Assembly: GCA_963667725.2 (NCBI GenBank)
Contig: CAXXHO010000003.1
Coordinates: 2,208,001-2,272,000, forward strand
Direction: 5' to 3'
Length of the DNA: 64,000 nucleotides
DNA from: Treponemataceae bacterium
GTDB lineage: Bacteria; Spirochaetota; Spirochaetia; Treponematales; Rectinemataceae
Part shown: piece by piece, positions 63,867 to 64,000 of the stretch
Layout: each line of letters begins with the position of its first letter
Numbering within the stretch: the first letter of the stretch is position 1
The notes under the pieces: generated by a model
What the model saw: only the letters and a program-made list of their open reading frames with translations
What the model was told of the DNA's origin: nothing
Database searches by the model: none
Made by a program: the position numbers and the translations under genes

Positions 63867-64000
63867 ATGCTGCAAAGCCTATGGGAAAGCAAAACCGGTC
63901 TCATCGGGGCTCTCGTCGTTGTGCTTGTCATCGTCATGGCGATGACGGCAACCCTTATAAGTCCGCAGAATCCATCGAAACAAGATATCCGCAACAAGCT
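63867..64000 (+). CDS. Peptide ABC transporter permease (DppC/OppC-like), 3'-truncated by window edge
   Basis: Frame from ATG 63867 reads MLQSLWESKTGLIGALVVVLVIVMAMTATLISPQNPSKQDIRNK, an OppC-like N-terminus. Confidence 0.75.
   Translation, partial: MLQSLWESKTGLIGALVVVLVIVMAMTATLISPQNPSKQDIRNK

Overview
GC-rich bacterial chromosomal window with about 55 genes, probably from a free-living anaerobic spirochaete. The taxonomy is inferred from repeat-rich surface lipoproteins, signal-peptide solute-binding proteins and gene content; no database search was possible. I found no rRNA, tRNA, CRISPR array, transposase, integrase or reverse transcriptase. From left to right: guaD (5'-truncated), cpdB, and hsp20 with a thermometer-like leader. 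Next is a ~20 kb catabolic block with an N-acylhexosamine ABC/epimerase/kinase operon, a GlpA-like three-gene dehydrogenase, and a divergent locus (Ugp-like ABC, two glycerophosphodiesterases, RpiB, sn-glycerol-1-phosphate dehydrogenase, DeoR, FGGY kinase, HAD). A near-identical HAD gene duplication then brackets a beta-barrel plus giant repeat lipoprotein pair. The middle holds a DUF1566 lipoprotein, two internally collapsed pseudogenes (VOC, mntH), glgP, a DEAD-box homologue with every catalytic motif degenerate, an NHL lipoprotein, an Ndh2-DoxX fusion with polyprenyl synthase (flavin-based electron-transfer-like), and mntP. The right part has a membrane-anchored sensor-LuxR regulator with a two-ATPase ABC importer, XRE-leuCD with a duplicated leuD 3' end, a cobalamin-riboswitch salvage operon, and an AT-richer RpiR/peptide-ABC block cut by the window edge. 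The strongest candidates for undescribed biology are all inferences: a polyol-phosphodiester (teichoic acid or lipid headgroup) scavenging system able to handle both glycerophosphate enantiomers, the Ndh2 fusion with three flavinylation-like TSAAS repeats, and the pseudo-helicase.
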